A DNA stretch of 60,363 nt from contig NC_068987.1 in the NCBI RefSeq assembly GCF_001194135.2, positions 32,018,221-32,078,583 on the forward strand, written 5' to 3'. The notes below the pieces were generated by a model. It was not told where the DNA came from, made no database searches, and saw nothing but the letters and a program-made list of their open reading frames with translations. The stretch is from Octopus bimaculoides (lineage: Eukaryota). Shown here one piece after another: positions 38,860-49,906 of the stretch (its first letter is position 1; every line of letters starts with the position of its first letter). Position numbers and translations under genes: made by a program.

Positions 38860-39552
38860 GTTAAACACCAGGGAAGTTTAAGACTGACCAGCTACGAGGA
38901 TTACTATATGCTGATGATCTTTCCTTATTGGTGGATCAGTAGAAACTTAGAGAATTTCCGAACTTAGAAGCATAAAACAAGAATCGAGAGGTCTCAAAGT
39001 GAACTTAGCAAATATTAAAGTTTTAATAAGTAAGAGATAATACTGGATTCTACTGCCATCATGGAAAGGGATGTGCTCAACGTGTTGAAAAGGTTTAGGT
39101 TGACATTCTACGGATGCACAAGAGGTATTGTGAGATCAAAGGTAGACTGACATGGAAGATATGCTTCGAAAGTGGCTGACACACAGAGTAGTTGATAGTA
39201 AGAATTTATGGGAAATACATTCTTTCAAATACTCAGAAAGCTAATTAGAAGTAGTTAATATCTTTTGTTACCGAGGTGACCTAATAAACAGTGTAACAGA
39301 AAGGAAAAGTTTACGGAGCCATAACCTCGGCTGGTAATAAAGTTTCACTCTATGAGAAAAAGGTCAATTGTATGTCACCTCTGTATGAAATTAGATGCTA
39401 CATTGTGGTGAGACATGGGTCTTGAATGCGGAAAATTTGAGATCGCTAGAAAGAAATGAAGTAATCAGACTAGATGTGTAATGTCCATATACACGGACGA
39501 TAGAACACAAATGGATTGAGAAAAAAAGCTGGATGTAAGAGGAATCAGGTGG
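38860..39552 (+). mobile_element. RTE-clade LINE RT/C-terminal fragment
   Basis: Frameshifted LLYADDL, LKVNLANIKVLISK, CSTC*KGLG, LEVVNIFCY, CGETWVL, LERNE, EKKLDVRGIR motifs. Confidence 0.8.
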
Positions 39553-40698
39553 TGGTGGTGGTGGTGATGGTGGTCCTTTATATCTCGATTAATTTCAGAA
39601 AGCGACCTGTCAGCAGTTTTGCAATTTATATGGTCAATCCTTTCAACAAGAAATTTGTTTGACCAACCGCTACCTTTGCAACGAAAAGACATTAGAAAGA
39701 AAATATCAAGATTGGAATTTAGGTTATTATACACGTAATGGCGGCGGTGCCCCAGCATGACCACAGTTCATGGACTGGAAGTAGTATAAAAATAAGTAAT
39801 GCTATTAAGGCGTTTGATAGGCAGAGTCGTTACAGCATCAGATAAACTGTAGCGCAATCTTTGTTCCAACACTCTACACTCTGAATTCGAACCTCGCTAC
39901 CTACCTTCAACTTCTTTCTAGCAGGAAACAGTCTTCAGCACCCAGTTAATGGCAGATAGCATTTCATTGTCAAATAGAGCGAATTAAAGAAACAGTTCAG
40001 TCATTTCGGTATCAAAATAAACCGATTGTGCACTAAAGCAGGATAAATACCAGAACAGGGAAATAAAAACACAAATTATGTAATTAATTCTACAGTCTAA
40101 ATCAAAGAGACTGTAAATATGAGCTTTATAATAGTTGCATAATGTTGAAAATAAATTCACTTGGTTTATTGCAGCTTTATTTAATATGTAATATAATGTT
40201 AAACATTCTCAAACATTACACTGTGTAACACGATTTTTGTTCTTGGGTAGTAACTGTTATTTCCTATTTGCTTACCCCTAGAAAGTATGAAATATGGCTA
40301 ATATTTCCTTCAAACGTTTTTGTTACATTTATCCCCCACTACTCCTGCTCATGATCAGAGATGCACATATTGTCAGCCGCTAAGGGACATGCTCAAGTGG
40401 TTACGGTCAGGCAACTAACAAGAAAATCTGTTGTATTGAGCAGAATATTTGCTATACGATATTTCTGCTTCAGCAACTCAATACTGAATTTGTCTGAAAT
40501 GTGATAGAGAATACATCAGTTTCAAAACGGTGATGTCCAGATCACAAAAGCAAAGCTTGAAAGGAATAGTTGTCATTTCTTTTTATTTCTAAATAGAAGC
40601 AAATAAGAAATAACTCTTTCTGACCAAAGACGTAAAATAAAAATTTTGTTACACAGTGTTATCAGTAAAAGGCTTGCATGAGCAACAAAATGTACATA

Positions 40699-41603
40699 TT
40701 AGATTGTCAGATAAATTCGTTCGTTTCTTTCCAGTGCTATTTGAATTAACAAGAAAAATACCTTCATCTAGAGTTTAATTGGGTTTTTTTCTTTTGCTCT
40801 GTTCTTCCACAACAACTTTTGCCTATCGTTTTTTTTTTTAATTTGAATGAATTTTTATTTCTTTTCAGATATATGATGAGTGCCAAGTAGAAAAAGCATG
40901 TGCCTTTTTTAACACTTGCTTCTCTTCGCTTTCAGTCAAAATTCTCAAAGCTGCCAAAGCCACACGCGACATTTCTACTGTGTACAGAGAAGACGCTATT
41001 ACTGAAAGAACTGAACAAAAATGATTTTACACGCTCCAAGGAAGAGAAATTCGATCTCACAGACTCTCTGCATTCGGTCAGCCTGTTAAATTCAATGACG
41101 ATCGATTGAGCCATCTCATCCACGAAGGCCTGCACCAATTCATTCGGGAATTGGCCCAGCAGACCGGATCGTTTCATGATACTATTAACTGTCACCTTCA
41201 TTCGATAGGCAATCTAGCTGAAATGGCGACTCGACGAACTTCTTCGACACAACAATGTTCGCTCTCACATCGCTGATTTGACCGAAAACGCTATTTAAGG
41301 GTTTAGTTGGGAAGTGCTACCGTACCCATCGTATTCTCTTGGTATAGCGCCTTATGGTGTTTTTCCAACAGTCTGCGAGGCATTTCATTCATTAACAACA
41401 GAAACTGAAAACGCGACTCGATGAATTCTTCGAGTTAAGACGCTGTGAATTCTAGCGTCAAGGCATTGACAAGCGAGTGGAATGTTGATAAGAAGTCGTA
41501 AACAAAGAAGAATATATTATTGACTGATTTATTAAAATTGTTGATGAAAAATAAGGATTAAAATAAATGGTCCGGGAACGAACGAATTTATCAAACAATG
41601 CAA
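40699..41603 (+). mobile_element. Mariner transposon, internally deleted, both TIRs present
   Basis: TIR core GATAAATTCGTTCGTT at both ends; ECQVEK, FDLTDS, HNNVRSH (HDNARPH), WEVLPYPSYS, RLDEFF, EYIID* motifs. Confidence 0.88.
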
Positions 41604-41775
41604 ACTGGCGAAATGGAGTTCTTCTGAAAGATTCTTGGAGAAACATTACACGACAGGATGCGTAATTCAGAAATCAGGGAGTCTCTCCTAGTGGAGCCGC
41701 TATTTCTCTGCATTGAGCGGTTACAGCTCCAGTACTACGGACATGTGATTAGCATGTCGCAGGGAAGAATCTCAA
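41604..41775 (+). mobile_element. RTE LINE C-terminal fragment
   Basis: KILGETLHDRMRNSEIRESLLVEPLFLCIERLQLQYYGHVISM matches the RTE thumb-region pattern. Confidence 0.8.
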
Positions 41776-42245
41776 TATAANNNNNNNNNNNNNNNNNNNN
41801 NNNNNNNNNNNNNNNNNNNNNNNNNNNNNNNNNNNNNNNNNNNNNNNNNNNNNNNNNNNNNNNNNNNNNNNNNNNNNNNNNNNNNNNNNNNNNNNNNNNN
41901 NNNNNNNNNNNNNNNNNNNNNNNNNNNNNNNNNNNNNNNNNNNNNNNNNNNNNNNNNNNNNNNNNNNNNNNNNNNNNNNNNNNNNNNNNNNNNNNNNNNN
42001 NNNNNNNNNNNNNNNNNNNNNNNNNNNNNNNNNNNNNNNNNNNNNNNNNNNNNNNNNNNNNNNNNNNNNNNNNNNNNNNNNNNNNNNNNNNNNNNNNNNN
42101 NNNNNNNNNNNNNNNNNNNNNNNNNNNNNNNNNNNNNNNNNNNNNNNNNNNNNNNNNNNNNNNNNNNNNNNNNNNNNNNCAGGCTAAGAAAGAAACAATC
42201 GCATCATTTCAATGTTCCCAGACTTCATTAAAAAAAACACACACA

Positions 42246-42463
42246 CGAGGTGGTGCTGAAAAGTTCCTGTCTTTGGGTAAAAGGAAATACAGGAGGATCA
42301 ATAAATTAATGATTTTATTCAACATATTACCCTCTCAGATTCACACACTTATTTCAGCAGTCCTTCAGCTTTTCTAAGCCCTGTAAAAGAACTCGGAAGC
42401 TTGGAGCTCCAACAAGGCCCTTCGCGACTCCTTTAAAACCAGGAAATTTTCAGCACCCATTCG
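42246..42463. mobile_element. Mariner-derived MITE (218 bp)
   Basis: TIRs CGAGGTGGTGCTGAAAAGTTCCTG and rc CGAATGGGTGCTGAAAATTTCCTG; TA on the right flank, CA on the left. Confidence 0.88.
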
Positions 42464-45400
42464 TAAATGTGAGTTCACAGAGAGCAATTGTAGTAGTAAA
42501 GCAATTTACTCAATTCCTTATATAAAAGGCTGAAGTACTCCAGGCAGTATTAAGAGTATCAACTCTATATGCCTCCATTTAAGATTGTATGTGAATATAC
42601 ATTTATATTAGTACATTTGCTGCTAAATAAAACTATTGAAAGAATGTTCTTTAATTTATACATAGAGGAATTGAATGAAATATCCAATAACAACAATGAA
42701 TTCACATTGGAACCTATTATTTCTCAATCAAAGTTCCAACATATCGAAGTAAGGAACCAATATCTTGTATCATATTAACCAGTCCTCTGCTATATATTAT
42801 GGCTAACACTGATCATTCACGATTTAGCCAAGCCACGGAAAGAAAATATATCTGTTTTCTACCAAACGATGTTTTGATTGGTTGTTTATACAAATAATTT
42901 TACTAAATTTCTGTGAAAAGCGTACAAACTGCAAGTTTCCGATTCATATAGCAACTAAGTGACGTAGTAATGTAGTCTGAGCCATAAAGTACGATAAAAT
43001 TTGTATTGTTAATGATTAAGTGATATATATATAAGATTTGTTTGTTAATGTTTAAGTGATATATAAGATATCAAAGTTCAAAATTAATGTTGGTTTATAT
43101 TCTTGAGTTTTCGTTTCTGCTACCACTGTAGTCAGGATTTGTTACAAGTTGTTATTCTATAACATTGTAAAATAACTATCGAGCTGTACAGTAATGTAAT
43201 AGATGATCAAATTTACTTTGAAATGATATTAAATACCGAATTGTAACGTGTATAATGAACCCCCTAATTTAGGGGGCTTAAAATTTAGAAAAGAAGGTTT
43301 TGTAAGGGATTATAATACTATCCATGTATAAAAAAAACTCCCATATATTTTTAACCTAATTTTTGACAAAAAAGGGTTCCTTGTACACATTAAAATATGG
43401 TAAATGACATTTGCATGATACTATAAACTTCATTCTACAAAACAATATAATAGAGACTTTTATATAACTAAGATAGGGTTTTGGTCACTATTGGCCTAGA
43501 GAAAAGTCCTTTAAAAGTCAATATTTTGGAACACCATAACTCATTTGTGCAGGGAGTTATTTGAGAAAATGTATGTAAGTGTCGGAGGTTTGTCTGGTTT
43601 TTCTTAGAGGAATCTGTCCTGATGAGATCTTCTTCTTTCGAGATAATATTGTATAAAACAGTATCATTTAAGTATAAANNNNNNNNNNNNNNNNNNNNNN
43701 NNNNNNNNNNNNNNNNNNNNNNNNNNNNNNNNNNNNNNNNNNNNNNNNNNNNNNNNNNNNNNNNNNNNNNNNNNNNNNNNNNNNNNNNNNNNNNNNNNNN
43801 NNNNNNNNNNNNNNNNNNNNNNNNNNNNNNNNNNNNNNNNNNNNNNNNNNNNNNNNNNNNNNNNNNNNNNNNNNNNNNNNNNNNNNNNNNNNNNNNNNNN
43901 NNNNNNNNNNNNNNNNNNNNNNNNNNNNNNNNNNNNNNTTTAAAATACATTTATTTACATATACACCAAACTAGTTTCAGCAATATTTTTTGTTTGTCAA
44001 TGGTAAAAGTTTAAAGTTATGATGAATTCGAAAAACATCTTTAAAAGTTTCAATGGTAAAAGTTTTAAATTATGAATTAGAAAAACATCTTTAAAAGTTT
44101 CAATGTTAACAAATTAAAAAGTTTCAATGTTGACAAATTAACATGTTCAAAACAGATAAATTTATCATTAGGAATTAGGAGGACAGGTGCAAGTTTGAAT
44201 GTTCATAGCAGTCAATAATATTAAAACTGTATATCAATTTGTTTAAATATACAAAGTTCATTAATTTTAGTGGCGGTCGACAAGTCATACTGAAAAGAAT
44301 AAGAGAAAAATGAAAATAGTAAAAAAAGGGAATTTGTTTTACAGTTTCTCTGAACCTCTTTCCATAGACGCTTTCGCTTGTAGTGGCATGGTTTGGGATC
44401 AGATGTATTTATAATTTTTTCCGCGAGCGAATCTGATTTTTGATTCGTTAAAATACTGGTGAGGAGTTTTTTGCGGTGGTCAAGCTTGTTGTTCCGCTTG
44501 GTTGGTTTCCTTGTGGAGACGGCCATAAGTCATTCCGGTTGGTTGCTTCTAATAAAGGGTCATTTCGTTGTATTTTCTGAAGTTCGGTTTTGATTGGTCT
44601 GGAGTTAAGTGACGTCACCAACTGGTGTTTGTAGAAATTCATTGGACTAGAGGTAGGTGACGTCATCAACTGGTGTTTGTATGGTGATTTGGAGTTGTGG
44701 TTTCGGAACCCGGATGGAAGATTGTTACTAAAGTTTTAGAAAAAATTTGTTTGTTGTTCCTAGTTGTTTTTTGTGTTGAAATTTAGTCTTTTTTCTTTTC
44801 TTTTTACGGCTTTTTCTTATTTCTAAAGGATATTCAGCTGTGATTTATATTTTTTAATTAGTATGTTTACCTTATTTAAACGGAATTGGGTTGAAGTGTT
44901 TCCAATGCATTGCTTTGGTATTTAGGGTTTATGTCTACGGGGCATTAGTCTAGGTGCTTGCTTACGAGAATTTTCCTAGTGGTCCCGGATTTGTTGCCTG
45001 TGCACCGTAAGTCTATCCCTCAAAGTTAAGCTAGTTTGACCTATGTAATCCTCAGCACACCCTCCACTTTTGAGAACATAGATTAAGGTCTTTGAAGCAC
45101 ATATGAAGTCATATTTTATGGTAAAAGTTTGACCTGGCTTAAATTTGTATTTTGAGCCCTCTAAGAGGAGGATGCAAGTTCCGCAGTTAGGACGGTTGTA
45201 CTCTTTGACTTGTGGGGTTGTATTATTGGTGGGTAATTTGGCGCTGATGAACACGCTTTTCACTGAAATGTAGTAAAATTATTTGTATAAACAACCAATC
45301 AAAACATCGTTTGGTAGAAAACAGATATATTTTCTTTCTGTGGCTAGGCTAAATCTTGAATGATCAGTGTTAGCCATAATATATAGCGGAGGATTGGCTA

Positions 45401-45772
45401 ATATGATACAAGATATTGGTTCCCTACTTCGATATGTTGGAACTTTGATTGAGAAATAATAGGTTCCAATGTGAATTCATTGTTGTTATTGGATATTTCA
45501 TTCAATTCCTCTATGTATAAATTAAAGAACGTTCCTTCAATAGTTTTATTTAGCAGCAAATATACTAATATAAACGTATATTCACATACAATCTTAAATG
45601 GAGGTATATAGAGTTGATACTCTTAATACTGCCTGGAGTACTTCAGCCTTTTATATAAAGAATTGAGTAAATTGCTTTACTACTACAATTGTTCTCAGTG
45701 AACTCACATTTACGAGTGGGTGCTGAAAATTTCCTGGCTTTAAATGAGTCGCGAAGGACCTGGTTGGAGCTC
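42404..45772. repeat. 520-bp inverted duplication (arms 42404-42923 and 45253-45772)
   Basis: Arms are reverse complements along their full length (roughly 90% by eye), including the right 60 bp of the MITE. Confidence 0.95.
44200..45253 (-). mobile_element. Penelope-like element fragment with GIY-YIG endonuclease
   Basis: ORF 44976-45263: SAKLP, RPNCGTC, FICASKTLIYVL, YIGQTSLTLRDRLTVHRQQIR, a PLE-type GIY-YIG with upstream Cys motif. Confidence 0.88.
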
Positions 45773-45774
45773 TG

Positions 45775-46330
45775 CTGGGCCAATTCCCGAATGAATTGCA
45801 CGGACCTTTGTGGATGAGAAGTGACAAATAAAGAGATAAAAATTCGAGGTAAGGGCTTCCAAAATGAACTGTTCGAATCGATTAAGAATTTGATGCTTAT
45901 ATGTTGGATGAGAGTTCAAAATTTAAAAATTCAGGGGTAAATAGGTAGATAAAATAAATATATACAGATTCGGGTGAATTCGGGTAAAGGATATCATCTA
46001 CGGCCGTTTCAGGGGTACAATAAATGTATAAATGGCGTTTTATTTATACCAAATACAGAAACATAATGGCCGCCTCATCAGGATGGTTTCCTTCGTGATG
46101 AAATCCTACATGGTAATAATTTGATAGATTCCTCCATTCGGTACCTGAACCCAACGTACATGATGCATAGTTTTCACATATGATTTTCACCTGTAATGTT
46201 GTTCACTGATTTATAAATTTAATTGTATATTTATTTCGTTGTGTGTTTTAAATTATGTTTTGGAACTTGTATTGATTGGCTGGATGTGTTCCTTCCATAA
46301 TTTCCTTTATGTATCCGGACTGAAGCTAAA
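45775..46330 (-). mobile_element. Probable PLE terminal repeat segment carrying a hammerhead
   Basis: Non-coding segment centred on the HHR at 45995-46085; assignment to a PLE is inference from the known PLE-HHR association and proximity. Confidence 0.5.
45995..46085 (-). ncRNA. Type I hammerhead ribozyme with long stem II insert
   Basis: Minus: CATC-CTGATGA-GG...(~60 nt)...CCCC-T-GAA-ACGGCCGT-A-GATG; intact core, palindromic stem III, GUA site, 4-bp stem I. Confidence 0.75.
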
Positions 46331-46427
46331 GTATGAAGAGTAGAACCACTTGGAACAAATTGACCTTGAACGCTGCTATGCATGAGTACTAAGTTTTAAC
46401 GTTCTAGCTCACTTTCGCTGTTTACAG

Positions 46428-47010
46428 CAGTGCTTGGAAGGAAGTGTGTAGCGTGTGATCGTCACATTGACAATGACAGAGAAAGTTGAGCAGAGAATCT
46501 GTATTAAATTTTGCTAATATCCGCTCAGAGGCCTACGCAAAATTTTCAAAAAGTTTTCATCGTTCTCGACACAATCAAGATCTTGTGCAACTGAAACTCG
46601 AGTGTCTTGTTGGTCAGCTGAAAGCAGTTTTGGCACAAACTTGGCAGACACGCATCTCATATCCAAATCTTCAATGATAATGGACTGAACTAAACCGTTA
46701 CTAATCCGCACATCCTCTAATAACTCACGGATGATGATTCGAAAATTTCTCTCACAGTTGCACGCACATCTGCGATGTTTTTCTCAGTTCTGCTGGTTGC
46801 TGGTCTCCGAGAACGTTTGTCAATATCGAAATTTTCTCAGCCATCTTCGAAGCGTCTGAACCACTCGTGCACTTGTGTGCGGCTCATACACTCCTCTCCA
46901 TACATTTTCTGCAACTTTGCATAGGCTCCTGAGTAGGTATCACCAAGACAACTTTTTCTGTCATGGTCAATTCAACGATCACATGCTACATACCTTCCTT
47001 CCAAGCATTG
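46428..47010. mobile_element. Two 5' mariner fragments joined in inverted orientation
   Basis: Plus strand MTEKVEQRICIKFC from 46473; minus strand MTEKV...CMSRTQVHEWF...MRCVSAKFVPKLLS from 46964; arms 46428-46487 and 46950-47010 are imperfect inverted repeats. Confidence 0.85.
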
Positions 47011-47257
47011 AGAAACCAATTGAGATGGTGTGGCCATATTGTTCGAATGGCAGATGAACGCATGCCGAAACACCTGTTTTATGATGAGCTTGTAGAAGGG
47101 AAACGCTATCGGCGTAAACCTAAAAAAGGACGGCATAAGGACTGCTATGAAGTCACTGGGAATGGTTCCAGAAGATATAGAAACCATTGCTTCGTAAAGA
47201 GTTGGATGGCGAACAAAGGTGTGGAGTGGAGTGAAAGCATTTGAAGAGGCCAGGATA
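47002..47257 (+). mobile_element. RTE LINE C-terminal fragment
   Basis: LPSIE / [32 protein letters not shown] matches the RTE 'LRWxGHVxRM' motif. Confidence 0.85.
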
Positions 47258-47427
47258 NNNNNNNNNNNNNNNNNNNNNNNNNNNNNNNNNNNNNNNNNNN
47301 NNNNNNNNNNNNNNNNNNNNNNNNNNNNNNNNNNNNNNNNNNNNNNNNNNNNNNNNNATATATATATATATATATATATACACATACATACATACATATA
47401 TATATGTGTGTATGTATATATATATAT

Positions 47428-47580
47428 ACAATGGCTTCTTTCAGTGTCAATCTACCAAATCCACTCACAAAATTTTGGTCAGCCTGAGGCTAAAGTAATA
47501 GACGCTTGCCCAAGGTGTCACACAGTAAGACTGAACCCAGAACTATGTGGCGAAGAAAGAAATCTTCTTACCACAACTCC
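47428..47580 (-). mobile_element. SINE family A, 5' part
   Basis: Reverse complement GGAGTTGTGGTAAGAAG...CCACATAGTTCTGGGTTCAGTC...CCTTGGGCAAGCGTC. Confidence 0.85.
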
Positions 47581-49336
47581 TTGACACTACTAAATAAATA
47601 TAATGATGCCCTAAGTACATGCAACCACTGCTTTTTTCATACCTTCAGGTTTAACCAAAAATCTAAATGCAACCTAAATAAACACACAGCATATATCCAC
47701 AACATCCTTTAGGTAATCCCCAACAACCCTACTTAACTTTCCCTTATCTTCATTTTAATTTTTAATCTTTAATTTTTTAACTCCCCTATCTTACTTTAAG
47801 GATCTCAATCATTTAATACTACATATTTGGACATACAAGCAGGTACATGTGTGTGTGTAAATGTGTGTGTGTAAATGTGTGTGCATGTATTTTCATGTAT
47901 GTATATGTATATAGGTCTATGTATGTGTATATATATAAATATTTATGTACGTGTGTGTGAGTGTATCTATACATGCATGCATATGTATATACAAATATAT
48001 ACAAGTGAGTGTATGTGCATATAAGTATATGTAAGTACCTGTATACACGCGTGTGTGTGACTATAAGTAGGCGCGAGTGTGCCTGCATGTATGTATGTGT
48101 GTATGCATGTATATGTATGCACACGCATATGCATGTATGAATGCTTTATGGATATGTATGANNNNNNNNNNNNNNNNNNNNNNNNNNNNNNNNNNNNNNN
48201 NNNNNNNNNNNNNNNNNNNNNNNNNNNNNNNNNNNNNNNNNNNNNNNNNNNNNNNNNNNNNNNNNNNNNNNNNNNNNNNNNNNNNNNNNNNNNNNNNNNN
48301 NNNNNNNNNNNNNNNNNNNNNNNNNNNNNNNNNNNNNNNNNNNNNNNNNNNNNNNNNNNNNNNNNNNNNNNNNNNNNNNNNNNNNNNNNNNNNNNNNNNN
48401 NNNNNNNNNNNNNNNNNNNNNNNNNNNNNNNNNNNNNNNNNNNNNNNNNNNNNNNNNNNNNNNNNNNNNNNNNNNNNNNNNNNNNNNNNNNNNNNNNNNN
48501 NNNNNNNNNNNNNNNNNNNNNNNNNNNNNNNNNNNNNNNNNNNNNNNNNNNNNNNNNNNNNNNNNNNNNNNNNNNNNNNNNNNNNNNNNNNNNNNNNNNN
48601 NNNNNNNNNNNNNNNNNNNNNNNNNNNNNNNNNNNNNNNNNNNNNNNNNNNNNNNNNNNNNNNNATCCCTTAATACAGCCCTATCATATCACCCCTACCC
48701 ACATATCTCACGCTTAATCACTCCTTACCTTTCATCTCTTCCTATCCACCCCTCTCCCACTCCTCTCCCATCCTCCCCTCACATTATCTTGACCACCAAC
48801 TAACACTCCTTTTCTCACCTCTGTCGCTCTTTCTTCATTTCTTCATTTCACTCATTTCACTTTTTCCTTCTCTCTCCCTCTTCTTTTTTCTCTCTTATTA
48901 TCATTACTCTTTTATCCTTTTTCTTTTTTCTCTCTTTCTTCCTCTCATTTTCCCTTCTTCTCTTCATTTTGACCTATCTCCTCATTCTAATCATACACAT
49001 CTCCCCCACACCCACCATCTATCCACAAATACTACCAATATATTCTCAAATTTTCATTCACACCACAAAACCCCTTCGAATGGGCAACACAGAATCCACA
49101 GCTCCATACTTCAAAATGACAAAACACGAACTACTATCGGAACTTGCATACCATGTACAGGAAACTATTTTATCACTTCTATACACCACTTTACTCAAAT
49201 AATGGAACTGCAACTACAATCAATGCTTTATATTTTATTTCCACTTTCATTCTCTTATTTCCCTCTATTTTCCCTGTCTCCTCCTTTTCCATAACATTTC
49301 CTTATTTCGAACTCAAACATTTACCTCTCTCACATC

Positions 49337-49384
49337 GTCTCTGATGAAGGGATATCCATAATATCCCAGAAACAGCTGTAAGAC
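49337..49384 (+). ncRNA. Type I hammerhead ribozyme, intact core
   Basis: GTCT-CTGATGA-A-GGGATAT(CCATA)ATATCCC-A-GAA-ACAGCTGT-A-AGAC; 7-bp stem II, palindromic stem III, GUA site, 4-bp stem I. Confidence 0.88.
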
Positions 49385-49547
49385 TATATAGCTTTCCTTA
49401 TAAATGTCCTAAAAATTCCTCACAGCCTTGGCTTTGTTATCTGTTTTTGTCTAATATATATATATAGTAAGATAAGGATTCAGATAGAATCAGATACTTG
49501 AAAAGATATGGACCAAGTAGGGTTGAAAAAACCTGTGGTTCCAGCCT

Positions 49548-49710
49548 ATGGTTGGTAAGGGCATTAGGAAGGGCATCCAGCTGTAGAAACTCTGCCAAAT
49601 CAGATTGGAGCCTGGTGTAGCCATCTGGTTCACCAGTCCTCAGTCAAATCATCCAACTCATGCTAGCATGGAAAGCGGACATTAAACGATGATGATGATG
49701 ATGATGATGA
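49548..49710 (+). mobile_element. Retroelement 3' end with (GAT)n tail
   Basis: GGCATTAGGAAGGGCATCCAGCTGTAGAAACTCTGCC...ATTAAACGATGATGATG; a second copy lies on the minus strand at 54181. Confidence 0.8.
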
Positions 49711-49906
49711 TTAACATATGGTGGATAATTGTCAGCTCATTGCAGCTGTGTCTTACACATCTTTTTAATAGAAGAATGAGAACATAACTCCATTACAAAA
49801 AACCATAACCATCAGAAGAAACGTAATTTTACAAACAAAAGAACATCCCAAGAATACAACAGGGATGTGACTGAAGTCTGTTGAGGCTAACTATGAAATG
49901 GCCGTT

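Noticed and set aside
43612-43660. CTGATGA-GA...TC-GAGA-TAATATTGT-A possible HHR relic
   Set aside because: GAAA is mutated and there is no stem I pairing; too degenerate to support.
45244-45277. CTGATGA...GAAA on the plus strand at the PLE junction
   Set aside because: Stem II and stem I do not pair; it is the antisense of PLE codons FISA.
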